Shown here piece after piece: positions 44,671 to 60,789 of a stretch of 64,000 nt of DNA. The position numbers and the translations under genes are program-made. Below the pieces are notes generated by a model. It was not told the DNA's origin and ran no database searches. It was given only the letters and a program-made list of their open reading frames with translations. Source of the DNA: Eledone cirrhosa (taxonomy: Eukaryota); contig OZ024740.1 of NCBI GenBank assembly GCA_964016885.1, forward strand, positions 315,332,001 through 315,396,000. Reading direction: 5' to 3'. Numbering within the stretch: position 1 is the stretch's first letter; every line of letters begins with the position of its first letter.

Positions 44671-45129
44671 GGGGGCAATATTACCACACCCCCAACCATC
44701 AAGTTTAGAATTTGGTAAAGAATAATTCTGTCATATGCCATGTACACTCTGACAATCTAGATTGTTCTCAATGACTGAATGTTAGACTAAAGATTTTTTT
44801 TTTTATGTATATATATTCCCTCACCTGTTCAGACTTTCTCTCACCTGTTTCCAATTGGTGAGATCATAAATAAATCTATATATGTGTACACACACACACA
44901 CACACACACACATGCAGACAGACTCACACACACACATATATATATATTCATGTATTTATGTATGTATGTACACATACACACACGCACACACACGCACACA
45001 CAAACACATATGTATATGCATATATATACATATATATATATATATTTATTTATTTATTTATGTATGTATGAATGTATTTATTTATGTATATACTCTCATA
45101 CATACATACATACATACATACATACATAC

Positions 45130-46972
<1,843 letters not shown>

Positions 46973-46974
46973 AG

Positions 46975-47408
46975 CTTGCTGGATGAGGAGGGTGAATTTG
47001 GACACCCTGCCAGATGAAAAACAAAACCCGTCAAAGGGCGGAGTCAACGGCCATCCAATAGAGTTTATTTGTGTGGAGCGAGAGACCCCTAGTCTTCATT
47101 AAGACACCTCTCTAGGAGAAGGTCACTCAGATGTAAAACCTGCGACTTCGTTTGCATCCAATGATGTAGACCAGTTCTTTGGAGGCAAATGCATTCGGTG
47201 TTTAGAAAGTGGGATTGGCCCCCTAGGCAAAGCCTTTCTTCACTTAAAAAACCTTCAAGCACAGGCATTGCTTGATATGAGACATTTTTTGCGATTCATG
47301 GTACTGCTGGCCATAGGCAAGTCCCTAGCAGGACTAGGAAGCCACATCCGTGATTCTCATGCTTAAGTATCAAGCGATGGCATTACTCGAAATCGAGTTG
47401 CAGCCATC
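46975..47408 (+). mobile_element. Diverged relative of the RTE-like non-autonomous family
   Basis: gaggagggtga...aaaacaaaacc.gtcaaagggc...ctaggagaagg head; 3' stem-loop followed by (ATGT)n. Confidence 0.65.
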
Positions 47409-47526
47409 ATGTATGTATGTATGTATGTATGTATGTATGTATGTATGTATGTACGTATGTATGTGCGTATGTATGTGCGTATGTATGTATGGATACATGA
47501 TGTACATATAGATGTGTGTATATATA

Positions 47527-47609
<83 letters not shown>

Positions 47610-47759
47610 AAAGTGTGGTCCATAAATCGCTTAAACTTTTAGAACTTTATACACTCTTTTGCCAATAATTTATATTTAATTTTTTATTTTAGATTTTAAA
47701 AATACGTCACCTGAAAGTATATTATGCAAAACTTTAGGTGCAAGGCGAAAGAATCATTA

Positions 47760-47859
<100 letters not shown>

Positions 47860-47976
47860 AAACAGTAACAAAACCCAAAAATGAATTATAGGCCACCATG
47901 TATGTATGTATTTATGTATATATGTATGTATTTATGTATATATATATATGTATGTATGTATTTATGTATATATGAG

Positions 47977-48007
<31 letters not shown>

Positions 48008-48460
48008 TTGTATATATGTATGTATGAATTTATGCATGTGTGTATATTTGTATGCATCTATGTGTATATATATATATATTTAGAGAGAGAGGGGGTGTAT
48101 ATACATTACATACATATATGTGCATGTGTGTATGTGTGTGCGTCTATTGTTAAAGGCACATTGATGTTGATTTAATACTTTTTTTTAATACGTATTTCCT
48201 TCTTAGCCATTTGCAGCTCGTTTGGAACCACAATGTTCCTAAGTCATTCCATAAAACTAGGTGCTGTGTATCAGGTCTTTTGGGTTGGTGTGGGGTTACC
48301 TTTGACAGAATATGGTGTACTTACTAATAAAATATATAATGAAAGCTTTCATTTATTTTCAAAAGTCTACAAAATTGATCTATTATTTCATTGTCATCAT
48401 TTTTAATTTGTGTGTATCACAAACGTTACTGTAGTTGTCTCTGTTTATTGACAAATAAGT

Positions 48461-48744
48461 TCACTGAATAAACTTTAATATATGACCAGCAATATAGTGA
48501 GGTATAATTGTGTAGTTAAAGATCACACCACTAGCAGTATTACAGGCTGAAAGAAACGTTTCTTTTGTATTAACGCCATAGTATATCAAACAGTGAAAGT
48601 TTTTTAAGATATACTCCTTGCTTGTATGTATTGTTCCGTAACTCCTGATAGAGTCGTAGAGGCGCCGTATTGACATGCGGCGTTTCTTGGCCATTTTAAG
48701 CCTGGCAGAGCCCATCCCTCTCCAGGCCTGCGTACAGAAGATTT
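48461..48744 (-). CDS. Candidate exon of an unknown gene (or ancient repeat)
   Basis: Pyrimidine tract + AG acceptor at 48745; open frame EIFCTQAWRGMGSARLKMAKKRRMSIRRLYDSIRSYGTIH...; a paralog at 410-544 shows synonymous differences. The 3' boundary is uncertain. Confidence 0.35.
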
Positions 48745-48807
48745 CTTTCAGAGAAAGATATAAAGTGAGAGAGATGGGAAATGAGAAAGAGATATAAAGA
48801 AAAAAAA

Positions 48808-48964
48808 TCAACCCAAATACTAAACTGGTAGTTTTTTTATTGACCTCGAAAGGATGAAAGGCAAAGTTGACCTTGGCAGAATTTGAACTCAAAGAGCAGA
48901 GAGCCGGAATGAATACCATAAAGCATTCTATCCGACGTTCTAACGACTCTGCCAATTCACCGCC
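48808..48964 (-). mobile_element. Older SINE copy
   Basis: B box and central domain; same position relative to the exon-like segment as 600-760. Confidence 0.75.
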
Positions 48965-49008
48965 TATACTCTTAGCTTAGGTTATTCTAAAATTCTAACT
49001 GATTAAAT

Positions 49009-50663
49009 GTAAACGGGCAAGGCATGCAATATACACAACCTGCTATATAAAGGTTCTTCCTCCATCTACTTCTGCCCTCAACACTAAACGGGCAAGGCAT
49101 GCAATATACACAACCTGCTATATAAAGGTTCTTCCTCCATCTACTTCTGCCCTCAACACTAAACGGGCAAGGCATGCAATATACACAACCTGCTATATAA
49201 AGGTTCTTCCTCCATCTACTTCTGCCCTCAACACTAAACGGGCAAGGCATGCAATATACACAACCTGTTATATAAAGGTTCTTCCTCCATCTACTTCTGC
49301 CCTCAACACTAAACGGGCAAGGCATGCAATATACACAACCTGCTATATAAAGGTTCTTCCTCCATCTACTTCTGCCCTCAACACTAAACGGGCAAGGCAT
49401 GCAATATACACAACCTGCTATATAAAGGTTCTTCCTCCATCTACTTCTGCCCTCAACACTAAACGGGCAAGGCATGCAATATACACAACCTGTTATATAA
49501 AGGTTCTTCCTCCATCTACTTCTGCCCTCAACACTAAACGGGCAAGGCATGCAATATACACAACCTGTTATATAAAGGTTCTTCCTCCATCTACTTCTGC
49601 CCTCAACACTAAACGGGCAAGGCATGCAATATACACAACCTGCTATATAAAGGTTCTTCCTCCATCTACTTCTGCCCTCAACACTAAACGGGCAAGGCAT
49701 GCAATATACACAACCTGCTATATAAAGGTTCTTCCTCCATCTACTTCTGCCCTCAACACTAAACGGGCAAGGCATGCAATATACACAACCTGCTATATAA
49801 AGGTTCTTCCTCCATCTACTTCTGCCCTCAACACTAAACGGGCAAGGCATGCAATATACACAACCTGCTATATAAAGGTTCTTCCTCCATCTACTTCTGC
49901 CCTCAACACTAAACGGGCAAGGCATGCAATATACACAACCTGTTATATAAAGGTTCTTCCTCCATCTACTTCTGCCCTCAACACTAAACGGGCAAGGCAT
50001 GCAATATACACAACCTGTTATATAAAGGTTCTTCCTCCATCTACTTCTGCCCTCAACACTAAACGGGCAAGGCATGCAATATACACAACCTGCTATATAA
50101 AGGTTCTTCCTCCATCTACTTCTGCCCTCAACACTAAACGGGCAAGGCATGCAATATACACAACCTGTTATATAAAGGTTCTTCCTCCATCTACTTCTGC
50201 CCTCAACACTAAACGGGCAAGGCATGCAATATACACAACCTGCTATATAAAGGTTCTTCCTCCATCTACTTCTGCCCTCAACACTAAACGGGCAAGGCAT
50301 GCAATATACACAACCTGCTATATAAAGGTTCTTCCTCCATCTACTTCTGCCCTCAACACTAAACGGGCAAGGCATGCAATATACATAACCTGCTATATAA
50401 AGGTTCTTCCTCCATCTACTTCTGCCCTCAACACTAAACGGGCAAGGCATGCAATATACATAACCTGCTATATAAAGGTTCTTCCTCCATCTACTTCTGC
50501 CCTCAACACTAAACGGGCAAGGCATGCAATATACACAACCTGCTATATAAAGGTTCTTCCTCCATCTACTTCTGCCCTCAACACTAAACGGGCAAGGCAT
50601 GCAATATACACAACCTGCTATATAAAGGTTCTTCCTCCATCTACTTCTGCCCTCAACACTAAC
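49009..50663. repeat. 75-bp tandem repeat, 22 near-identical units
   Basis: Unit aaacgggcaaggcatgcaatatacacaacctgctatataaaggttcttcctccatctacttctgccctcaacact; two variable sites seen. Confidence 0.98.
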
Positions 50664-50879
50664 CATGTGTGCATTTCGAAAGAGGAAACAGTGTGGTCGA
50701 CAAGTCTTGTTATCTGAGGCTAGACTATACCACTAGCGATGATAAATGTAACAGGCACCAAGGGATTTCTTGTACTTCTTCATCGGTACCTCTCTGTCCA
50801 AGTTACCTGAGGAGAGTTCCCATACAGAATAACCCTGGAAGCGTGTCCTATCCGACACAACTACGTCGTTAACAGCTTG

Positions 50880-51335
50880 GCTCCAATACTGGTGACATCC
50901 ACCTGTTGGAGAATTTCAATGCTGGGAATAAATTTACTACAACAAATGTTGAACATCTGAGATGGTGAAAGTTCTCATGGAGTCGTATGTGATGACGGGT
51001 GGTACCTCATGAGCCTGAACCAAACACAATTATCAGTACAAATCTCTGTACACACTAATCTTTGAATCTTTCCTCAGATGCTTATTGTTCCATCTGTTAT
51101 TTAGCCTGTGATGTTTGCTTTTGTCAGTCTTTTGTCAACCTGTTTGTTGACAACAACCTGTATCTGAAGAGATGGTAAATCCCAGGTAGCTGAACTGGTG
51201 GACTTTCTTCAGTTCTGTCTCGCCAATGGCAATTCAGACATGGTGGTAATCTTCCTGGGGAGGCGTATGGTTTGATTGGGATCTTCTGTCTGCTTTAGGT
51301 TGACTACCATTCCGAAGAGCTCGACATGGTCTGAT
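50880..51335 (-). mobile_element. Decayed RTE-clade LINE RT fragment
   Basis: LKKVHQFSYLG and WNNKHLRKDSKISVYR on the minus strand. Confidence 0.7.
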
Positions 51336-52302
51336 AAAATATATAAAAGTGTGATAAACGTTGAAGGTTAGCAGTGAATTATATAGGTCAGTGATGAGAT
51401 ACGCGGATCAATGCTGAACAATATACTCTCGGGTCCCAAATAATAGATTTGATGTTGGGAAATTGGTAGTTGTATAGTGTTTGTTCATAAAAATGGGATT
51501 TCTTGTAATGTTCTTTTTTGTTGGCATATATAATATTTTTTAATCTAAAATAAAATTATTATTAGATTCTCCAGCTGTCGTATCAATATGAATCACTTAC
51601 AATCAAATTTTACCGGAGATAGATTAGAAAAATTCAATAAACGTGAGATGGAGTGTTTAGAATAAAAGCGGGGGAGTTGGAAAATATCTGAAAAATTAAT
51701 AAGCGGGGGAAGGAGACGATTATTTAAGACTTGAGAGAAAGTGTTAAACAACATAGACCGGTGTTGAATGTTTTTAGTATGTGATGAACAATATAGATAA
51801 GTGCTGTACAATATGTCTGCTATGAACAATAAGAATAGAGGTCAAGAAATACAGACAATGTAGTACAGTTATTAGCCCCAGGTTAAACCTGTGACACACG
51901 GGCAGCAGTTTGGACAATTAGGTATGGCATTGATATCTTGCTCAATATACCATACATTCACCTAGCTGAGGAACTTAGCATGTAGCCCAGTTATAAACCG
52001 AAATATAACAACCGATAGATGATACTCTCATGTCCAAGTTATAGTTTTATTTCATAGAATAATGAGAGAAACTCAGCACAAGAAAAGCTGTTAATACAGC
52101 AAAATGCCGTCAATGATGGAACCGGGTAAAATTTACCTCAAAGGACAGAAATCAGCAGCTAGAAGTGTGTTGGCCTGCAATGGCTTCTACAGGACGAGAG
52201 AGGTTTCAATCGTATGAAATCATTGTCAAATTTATTACGATGTTAATACTCTCTTGCACCCATTTATTCCAACGCATTTTTTCTTTCCTACCCCCCCCCC
52301 CC

Positions 52303-52350
<48 letters not shown>

Positions 52351-52750
52351 CTCTTGCTCTTTCTCTTTCTCTCTCACTCAGTCTCGCTCTCTCTTTCTCT
52401 CTCTTTCTCTCTCTTTCTCTCTCTTTCTCTCTCTCTCTCTCTCACTCTCCCTATTTATCTATCCATCTCTATCTATCTATCTCTATCTATCTATCTTTAT
52501 CTCTCTATCTATATCTATCTATCTATCGTTCTATCTCTCTCAGGCTAATTTCCTCTGTTCCCTCAACTGTTTCCTGCATTCGGCTCTAAGCCATTCCTCA
52601 CTTTTATTAGCCAATATCAGGAAGTGAATCAAAACAAAAGACACCAGTTTAAGATCACTGGAAGCAGATGACATTTCGGCGGCAAAACTATCGTTCTTCT
52701 AGGGGTCACGCTTATTATACCGGCGTCTGACCTTTCCACTGACATTTTTT

Positions 52751-52825
<75 letters not shown>

Positions 52826-52828
52826 TAT

Positions 52829-52889
<61 letters not shown>

Positions 52890-53010
52890 CATACATATAT
52901 ATATATAACATACATACATATACATATGTCTGTGTATGTGTGTGTGTGTGTGTGTGTGCTTATATGTGCGTGTGTGTGTGTATTCTGTGCCTGTGTGGAT
53001 TTATATATGT

Positions 53011-53126
<116 letters not shown>

Positions 53127-53269
53127 ACCATTAACGTCATATAATATGTTGCGGTGGGAAAATGATATGCCAATATTTCTCTGTTTTCTCTTACACTTTC
53201 TTTCAGCCTATTTATATATTTATGTACCTACCTATCTATCTATCTATAAGTATACGTGTATATCTATGT

Positions 53270-53586
53270 ATGTTGACTTGTTCTTCTTTTTGGTAAATAT
53301 CATCTTGGTTAAGAGAGTGGGACTGGCTTTGTGCAGTGCCTTTGCTCACTATAAAAGCTTCACGGCACAGGCATTACTTTATATCTGGAGATCTCTCTGC
53401 ACTTGTCGTCACATGGTACCATGGGCCCAGCACTATGTGTCAATAATTGTCACAAGTGTAGTGTTTGTACCAGAGTTTTCAAGTCGCTGGCTGGACTAAA
53501 AAGTCACACTCGTTCAGCGCATCGGTAGGGGTTCTCCTACATGGATATAAAGTAGTGGCCGTACTCGAAAACGAGTTGGCAGCCAC
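53270..53586 (+). mobile_element. RTE-like non-autonomous element, 5'-truncated copy
   Basis: Reverse complement of 54438-54755 and 55374-55691; (ATGT)n tail. Confidence 0.8.
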
Positions 53587-53636
53587 CATGTATGTATGTA
53601 TATATATATGTATATATCTGTGTATATCTGTGTATG

Positions 53637-53800
53637 CAGGGCCGTCTTAACGCATGGGCACGCTGGGCAGTTGCCCGGGGGCCTCACGAGGATAGGGGGC
53701 CCATTTGTATTTTTATTCCTGTGAGTTGAGTGGTTGTGTAGGTAGGGGCCCCAGTGCTTTGCCTTACCCGGGGGCCTATAATTCTGTTAAGACGGCTCTG
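53637..53800. mobile_element. 164-bp hAT-type MITE
   Basis: TIRs CAGGGCCGTCTTAAC / GTTAAGACGGCTCTG; 8-bp flanks tgtgtatg / tgtgtgtg. Confidence 0.85.
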
Positions 53801-54026
53801 TGTGTGTGTACCTGTGTGTATCTGTGTGTATCTGTGTATATCTGTGTATATCTGTGTGTGTGTACCTGTGTGTATATATGTGTATCTGTGTGTGTGTGTA
53901 TGTATCTGTATGTGTGTATGTATCTGTATATTTGTGTGTGTGTCTGTATGTGTGTGTGTGTGTATCTGTATGTCTGTGTGTGTGTATCTGTATCTGTGTG
54001 TGTGTGTTTGTGTGTGTGTGTGTATC

Positions 54027-54077
<51 letters not shown>

Positions 54078-54369
54078 ATATGCAACTCTGTATGTACATG
54101 TGTGAGTATGTATGTTTTGATAGGATAGATATATAAATAAGTGGTTAAGTATATAGGGAGGGGGTGTGTAGATAAAAACAGAGATAATTAGACAGAGGCG
54201 GCCAACATATTTCACAAATAGAAGGATAGATATATGGATAGATACATACATACATGCATATAAGCATGCATACCTATATACATACATAGATACATACATA
54301 CATATATATATATATACATACATACGTACATACGTACATACATACATAGATACATACATGCATACATAG

Positions 54370-54437
<68 letters not shown>

Positions 54438-54439
<2 letters not shown>

Positions 54440-55014
54440 TGGCTGCAAACTCGTTTTCGAGTACGGCCACTACTTTATATCCATGTAGGAGAACCCCTAC
54501 CGATGCGCTGAACGAGTGTGACTTTTTAGTCCAGCCAGCGACTTGAAAACTCTGGTACAAACACTACACTTGTGACAATTACTGACACATGGTACTGGGC
54601 CCATGGTACCATATGACGACAAGTGCAGAGAGATCTCCAGATACAAAGCAATGTCTGTGCCGTGAAGCTTTTATAGTGAGCAAAGGCACTGCACAAAGCC
54701 AGACCCACTCTCTTAACCAAGATGATATTTACCAAAAAGAAGAACAAGTCAACATCATTGGATACCATTAGGGTTGCAGGTGTTATATCAGAGTTTTCCT
54801 TCTCCTAGAATTCTGCCTTGATAAAGGCTAAGGGGTCATCTCTCCTAGTGATTTCGGATGGCCATTGACTCTTAAGAGCTCCTTTGCCCTTTGACAGGTT
54901 TTGTTTTTAGTCCTGCAGGATGTCCAAAGCCACCCCCCTCACCAAGAAACCTTGGTGGGGTTGCCAGTTTACTCGCCAACGACCCGACCATGAGACAGGT
55001 TATATACATACATG

Positions 55015-55072
<58 letters not shown>

Positions 55073-55980
55073 TATATACAAACATAAATATATACATACA
55101 CACATACATACATATATACATATATGCATATATACATACATAAATATATACATACATATATGCATTCAAGCATGCATGGATGCATGCATACATACATACA
55201 AACATGCATACATGCATATATACACACATACACACATACATACAAACATACATACAAACATACATACATACACACATACACACATACACACATACACACA
55301 TACACACATACACACATACACACATACATACATACACACATACATACATACAAACATACACACATACATACATGGTGGCTGCCAACTCGTTTTCGAGTAC
55401 GGCCACTACTTTATATCCATGTAGGAGAACCCCTACCAATGCGCTGAACGAGTGTGACTTTTTAGTCCAGCCAACGACTTGAAAACTTTGGTACAAACAC
55501 TACACTTGTGACAATTACTGACACACAGTGCTGGGCCCATGGTACCATGTGACGACAAGTGCAGAGAGATCTCCAGATATAAAGCAATGCCTGTGCCGTG
55601 AAGCTTTTATAGTGAGCAAAGGCACTGCACAAAGCCAGTCCCACTCTCTTAACCAAGATGATATTTACCAAAAAGAAGAACAAGTCAACATCATTGGATA
55701 CCATCAGGGTTGCAGGTGTTATATCAGAGTTTTCCTTCTCCTAGAATTCTGCCTTGACAAAGGCTAAGGGGTCATCTCTCCCGGTGATTTTGGATGGCCA
55801 TTGACTCTTAAGAGCTCCTTTGCCCTTTGACAGGTTTTGTTTTTAGTCCTGCAGGATGTCCAGGGTCACCCTCCTCACCAAGAAACCTTGGTGGGGTTGC
55901 CAGTTTAGTCGCCAACGACCCGACCATGGGACAGGTTGTACTGGGATACATGTTACCAGTAGCACCAACTGGTGACCTGA
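54438..55980 (-). mobile_element. Two tandem copies (54438-55001, 55374-55980) of a ~600-bp RTE-like non-autonomous element
   Basis: High mutual identity; RTE 5'UTR-like taggagaaggaaaactctga; no A/B box seen; 3' stem-loop + ATGT tail. Confidence 0.8.
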
Positions 55981-56155
55981 CATACATACATACACACATA
56001 CACACATACATACATACATACATACATACATACATACATACATACATACATACATACATACATACATACATACACACAAGTAAAACCAAATCACTTTCCC
56101 ACAACAGCAAGTTATGACAGTATGTATTCACAGACGAGTGTGTATATCACTGTGA

Positions 56156-56273
<118 letters not shown>

Positions 56274-56277
56274 TGTG

Positions 56278-56373
<96 letters not shown>

Positions 56374-56536
56374 TGAACTTACGGTCATTTATGTTTTATG
56401 TTTGTTTTGTTAGTACGTGCGGGTTGTTATAGATGCTTGCTTTGGTAAAGGTTAATTCTTAAAAACGAAGTCATATATCTATATAATATATATATATATA
56501 ATATCTCTCTCTCTATATATATATATATATAATATA

Positions 56537-56612
<76 letters not shown>

Positions 56613-56879
56613 GTGAGGGGGGGGGAGAAAAGAAGTGAGACCTTAGTGAATAGTTTTTCCAATATTTCTAGGTTATTTGTCTGGTCTGGATCTCTCTATA
56701 CACTGACCACTTTTGGTTAAAACGGAGATCACAGTAGCATTCACCGCAACTGCAAAAATACAATGGCGGACTTTATCGTCTGCTTATATCTAGTCTATGT
56801 TCTTGGTCTCGTTCTTCATGGTTTTCTTCTATTTGATCTTAAACATCTCTCTCTCTCTCTCTATCTATCTATCTCTATC

Positions 56880-56917
<38 letters not shown>

Positions 56918-57099
56918 ACTCCCTCTCTCTCTCTCTCTCTTTCCCCCTTCCTCTCTCTCTCGCCCTCTCTCTCACTCTTTCTATCACTCCCCATTCATTT
57001 GCCCTGATCCTCTCTCATCTTCGTCATAGTCTTCTACTCCTTCAACCCTTCGCCCACTTCTTCTCCTTCCTCCTTTCTCATCCCCATCCTACTACTACA

Positions 57100-57161
<62 letters not shown>

Positions 57162-57342
57162 TATTATTACTACTACTACTACTATCAGCCATTCTTGCAT
57201 TTTAACGTGCCCATACAAGCACACACATACACATACACACACACATGTAAACTGTTAACTGTTATTAGAAATGTTAATCAATTAATATATCCTATATATA
57301 ATGGATAAGAGCTGATGAGGGTGAAGATGTGTGTGTGTGTGT

Positions 57343-57374
<32 letters not shown>

Positions 57375-57382
<8 letters not shown>

Positions 57383-57600
57383 GTAAATAGAAATAACTAC
57401 ACAATCGGTACAGTATATGGAAGGAATATATTAGGCTAACGCTTGAAATAGCAGGAAGAGGGCCTTAACATTTCGGACGCTAGTCCTTCATCAGAAGAAA
57501 GAATAAGAAATTAGAAAGATTGAAGGGACAGGCGAGGCGGAATCGGAAAAAAATGTTTGTAGAGAAAAATAACGGGTCCATTCATGTTGCCATCTCTCTC
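57375..57600 (-). mobile_element. PLE family C 3' end, with hammerhead at 57464-57497
   Basis: ctt CTGATGA a ggactagcgtcc GAAA tgtt aag on minus; homologous to 25590-25815. Confidence 0.75.
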
Positions 57601-57824
57601 TATGTGTGTGTGTTAGCCTGCATGTAAATATATCTATAAATCAATTTATATTGTAATAAACTGGTATTTAGTCAGCCTTCTATGTGTGGTGTTTGTTTTT
57701 CATATACACATCATACCAACAAAAAGATTTCTTTTTCTGTTGCACGATCCAGCATTTTAAAATGGTACTCGCAATTACATCGTGCGAAACCATTTTACTG
57801 GTTTAAGAGCTGATGAGGGCGAAG

Positions 57825-57891
<67 letters not shown>

Positions 57892-58154
57892 CTTATCTTG
57901 TACATCGCTTTTCTTTGTTTCCCTCTTTCAGTCAACTGTATGTGCCAGTGCACTGCTCTCTGTCCTCCTCCTGTTTCAATCTTTTCTATATTTCATCTGC
58001 CTGTCACCCACCTCATGGATTGTCACTCTCTTGACCACTGGCCGCTGGTCTCTGTCCTCTGAAGCATTTTTGCCCATCACTGTCTTTGACAACATTTGGC
58101 TGTATTAAATGCTGATTTAGCAATGAGTTTTCTCATTTTTTATGTATATATATA

Positions 58155-58253
<99 letters not shown>

Positions 58254-58605
58254 ATATATATATAAATATATATATAATATATATTTGTGAAATGGGTGGT
58301 GGTTGAAATTCAGTTGTGCACGGTTAAATGGTAGTAGACGTGCTCGGACGGACATGAAAATGTACACACCTATGTAAAAAGTGCCAAGGAAGCAAATCTC
58401 TAACTTGAAAAATGTGGTCCCTAGGGCCCCCAAACGGTCTATTTACTATCGCTTCCGGTGAGTTATTTCCCCCTGTTCTAATACTTGGATGAGTTATTTT
58501 CCGTAGTCGCTTTCAATATTCATTGTCTTATTTACAATTTCATACACATTTTTAAACTCATCAATTTTTTCATAACATATCAAACACAACGTTCTTTCGC
58601 TGTTT

Positions 58606-59334
58606 TTGAAAAATATTATTGAAAGTTTATTATAAAGAAGCAGTTTCAGGAAAAAAAATAGAAATATGCACTTGGGGCTGGACGGCGTACAATGAGAAGT
58701 GGAGCGACGTGAAAAGCGTTGTTTATTAACAGCGAAATATCAATGTCGATGATATGCAAGTTTGAAAATACAGATTATGAAGGTTTGTATGATAGTTTAC
58801 ACTTTGATAGCCCTGGTCAGCAAGAGGGACCTCTATATATTAGACGTTTATTAGAAGAGGGGGAAATAACTAACCCCAGTATTAGAACAGGGGGTTCGCA
58901 ATGTAAGGGTTTTATTTCTTTTGTTAGAAAACAGTGACCTTTTTCGGTTTGGCATTTCGTAAAATTCTACTGCAGAATCGATTTCATAAAACGGTACTGT
59001 ATGATCGTTATAGAAGTATTTAAATTTAATATAGAGCAACTGTAATTGAAAAATGAAAATGAAACGTACTGTAGAAGGCAACAGTTTATTAACAGCGGAA
59101 TATATAGAGGCCCCTCTTGCTGACCAGGGCAATCAAAGTGTAAACTATCATACAAACCTTCATAATCTGCATTTTCAAACTTGCATATCATTGACATTGA
59201 TATTTCGCTGTTAATAAACAACGCTTTTCACGTCGCTCCACTTCTCATTGTACGCCGTCCAGCCCCAAGTGCATATTTCTATTTTTTTTCATGAAACTGC
59301 TTCTTTATAATAAACATTCAATAATATTTTTCAA
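58606..59334. repeat. About 235-bp inverted repeat with about 260-bp spacer
   Basis: 58606-58840 is the reverse complement of 59100-59334. Confidence 0.9.
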
Positions 59335-59338
59335 ATTA

Positions 59339-59386
59339 TCTACTTAATAAAAAGTGGCCCCGGGTGCAACCGGGATCAGCTGCTAG
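59339..59386 (+). mobile_element. 48-bp Helitron-like mini element
   Basis: A|TCtacttaataaaa...cccgg-gtgcaa-ccggg...CTAG|T. Confidence 0.55.
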
Positions 59387-59399
59387 TTATATATATATT

Positions 59400-59572
59400 A
59401 GGGATTGTAACGTCCAGTTACTATTGGTTCAGCAGAGTGACCACTCGATGCGTAGTTTCCAGTAGGTATATCGGTGTAGTACTAAACAGAGTGTAATACT
59501 AATAATAAAAAAACGAAGTGTTAGATCTTCATTACGTAATGAAGACTTAACACTTCGTCCTTTTTATTATTA

Positions 59573-59574
<2 letters not shown>
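59400..59574. mobile_element. Fold-back remnant with one-sided tail
   Basis: Inverted arms 59497-59574 centred on TACGTA; (TA)n flanks. Confidence 0.55.
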
Positions 59575-59612
<38 letters not shown>

Positions 59613-59614
<2 letters not shown>

Positions 59615-59770
59615 GCGGTGGATTGGCAGCATAGAGGTACGGTCCTTTACGGTCTGAGTTCAAATCCCGACGAGGTTAACTTTGCCTTTCATCCTTACGG
59701 GGTCGATAAAATAGAGTACCAGTAATGTACTGAGTAAATTGCTGGCCTTGTGCCTAAAGTAGAAACAATT
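59613..59770 (+). mobile_element. tRNA-derived SINE with internal deletion
   Basis: B box, central domain and tail. Confidence 0.85.
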
Positions 59771-59775
59771 ATTAG

Positions 59776-59850
<75 letters not shown>

Positions 59851-60513
59851 CATGTGTGGGTGTTCGTGTACGTGTGCGTGCGCGCGCGCGTGTGTGTGCT
59901 TGTATCTGTGTGCGTGTGTACGTGCGTTTGTATGTGTGAGTGTATGTATTTATACATACATGTACACAAGCCCACCCAGAGACTCCGAATCTAGAAGACA
60001 TCCGTAATTCATAGTAAATGGTTCTCTACTGGTTTCAACAATGAGTATCAATTAAACTACTTACTAAATTATAATGTATGTGGCTGTGTATTCCGCATAC
60101 ACGTGTAGCCATAAACATAGTGTTGATGCAGAACCAAACCTCAACATGTAATGCACTGGGTGATTGCTGGCCTTGTGCCTAAAGTAGAAACAATTATGTG
60201 TTTCATAAAACTTACTCGAACCTTTGAATTACACGTACACTCCATGTGATGAGATGCCGTACTCTTTCAAAGTTCCGAATCCCCTTACTTCAGTTGCCTT
60301 GGGTTGGCCTGTGTCTAGGGGACAAGACATAGGCCCCAAAATGCCAGGCAGTGGTAGCGAAGCTAGGACTTCACGATTAAGAAACGAACTCTTTACCTAC
60401 TCAACTGTGCCTACGTCTATATATGGCACATACTCTCACACACACACATACACCCACATACACACACACACATACACACACACACATATGCACACACACA
60501 CGTACGTGCTCAA

Positions 60514-60545
<32 letters not shown>

Positions 60546-60789
60546 ACAAACACACACACGTACCTGCTCAAACACGCACACACACACACACATGCGCGCG
60601 CACACACACAGTGCACGCACACACACACACATACATACACACACGCCCACATGCGCATGTTGGAGTGAGGTTTGTTTGTTCTTAAATAATATGGCTGCCT
60701 TAAGGCTGAATGGTAACTACGTAACCTATATGTACGTATTTAGCCTAATTAGTCACAGATAATGATAGATGTTCCGATAAAGTTCCCAG

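Noticed and set aside
48987-50666. 559-aa Cys-rich repeat protein
   Set aside because: The open frame follows from the 75-bp unit. There is no unique domain and no synonymous variation between units.
53578-53590. Perfect Kozak GCCACCATG
   Set aside because: Formed by the 3' stem of the element joining its (ATGT)n tail; only microsatellite follows.
55880-55980. Twister or HDV ribozyme in the RTE-like head
   Set aside because: Partial resemblance only (cctg-tcccatggt-cggg, downstream gaggaggg); I could not build all the required helices.
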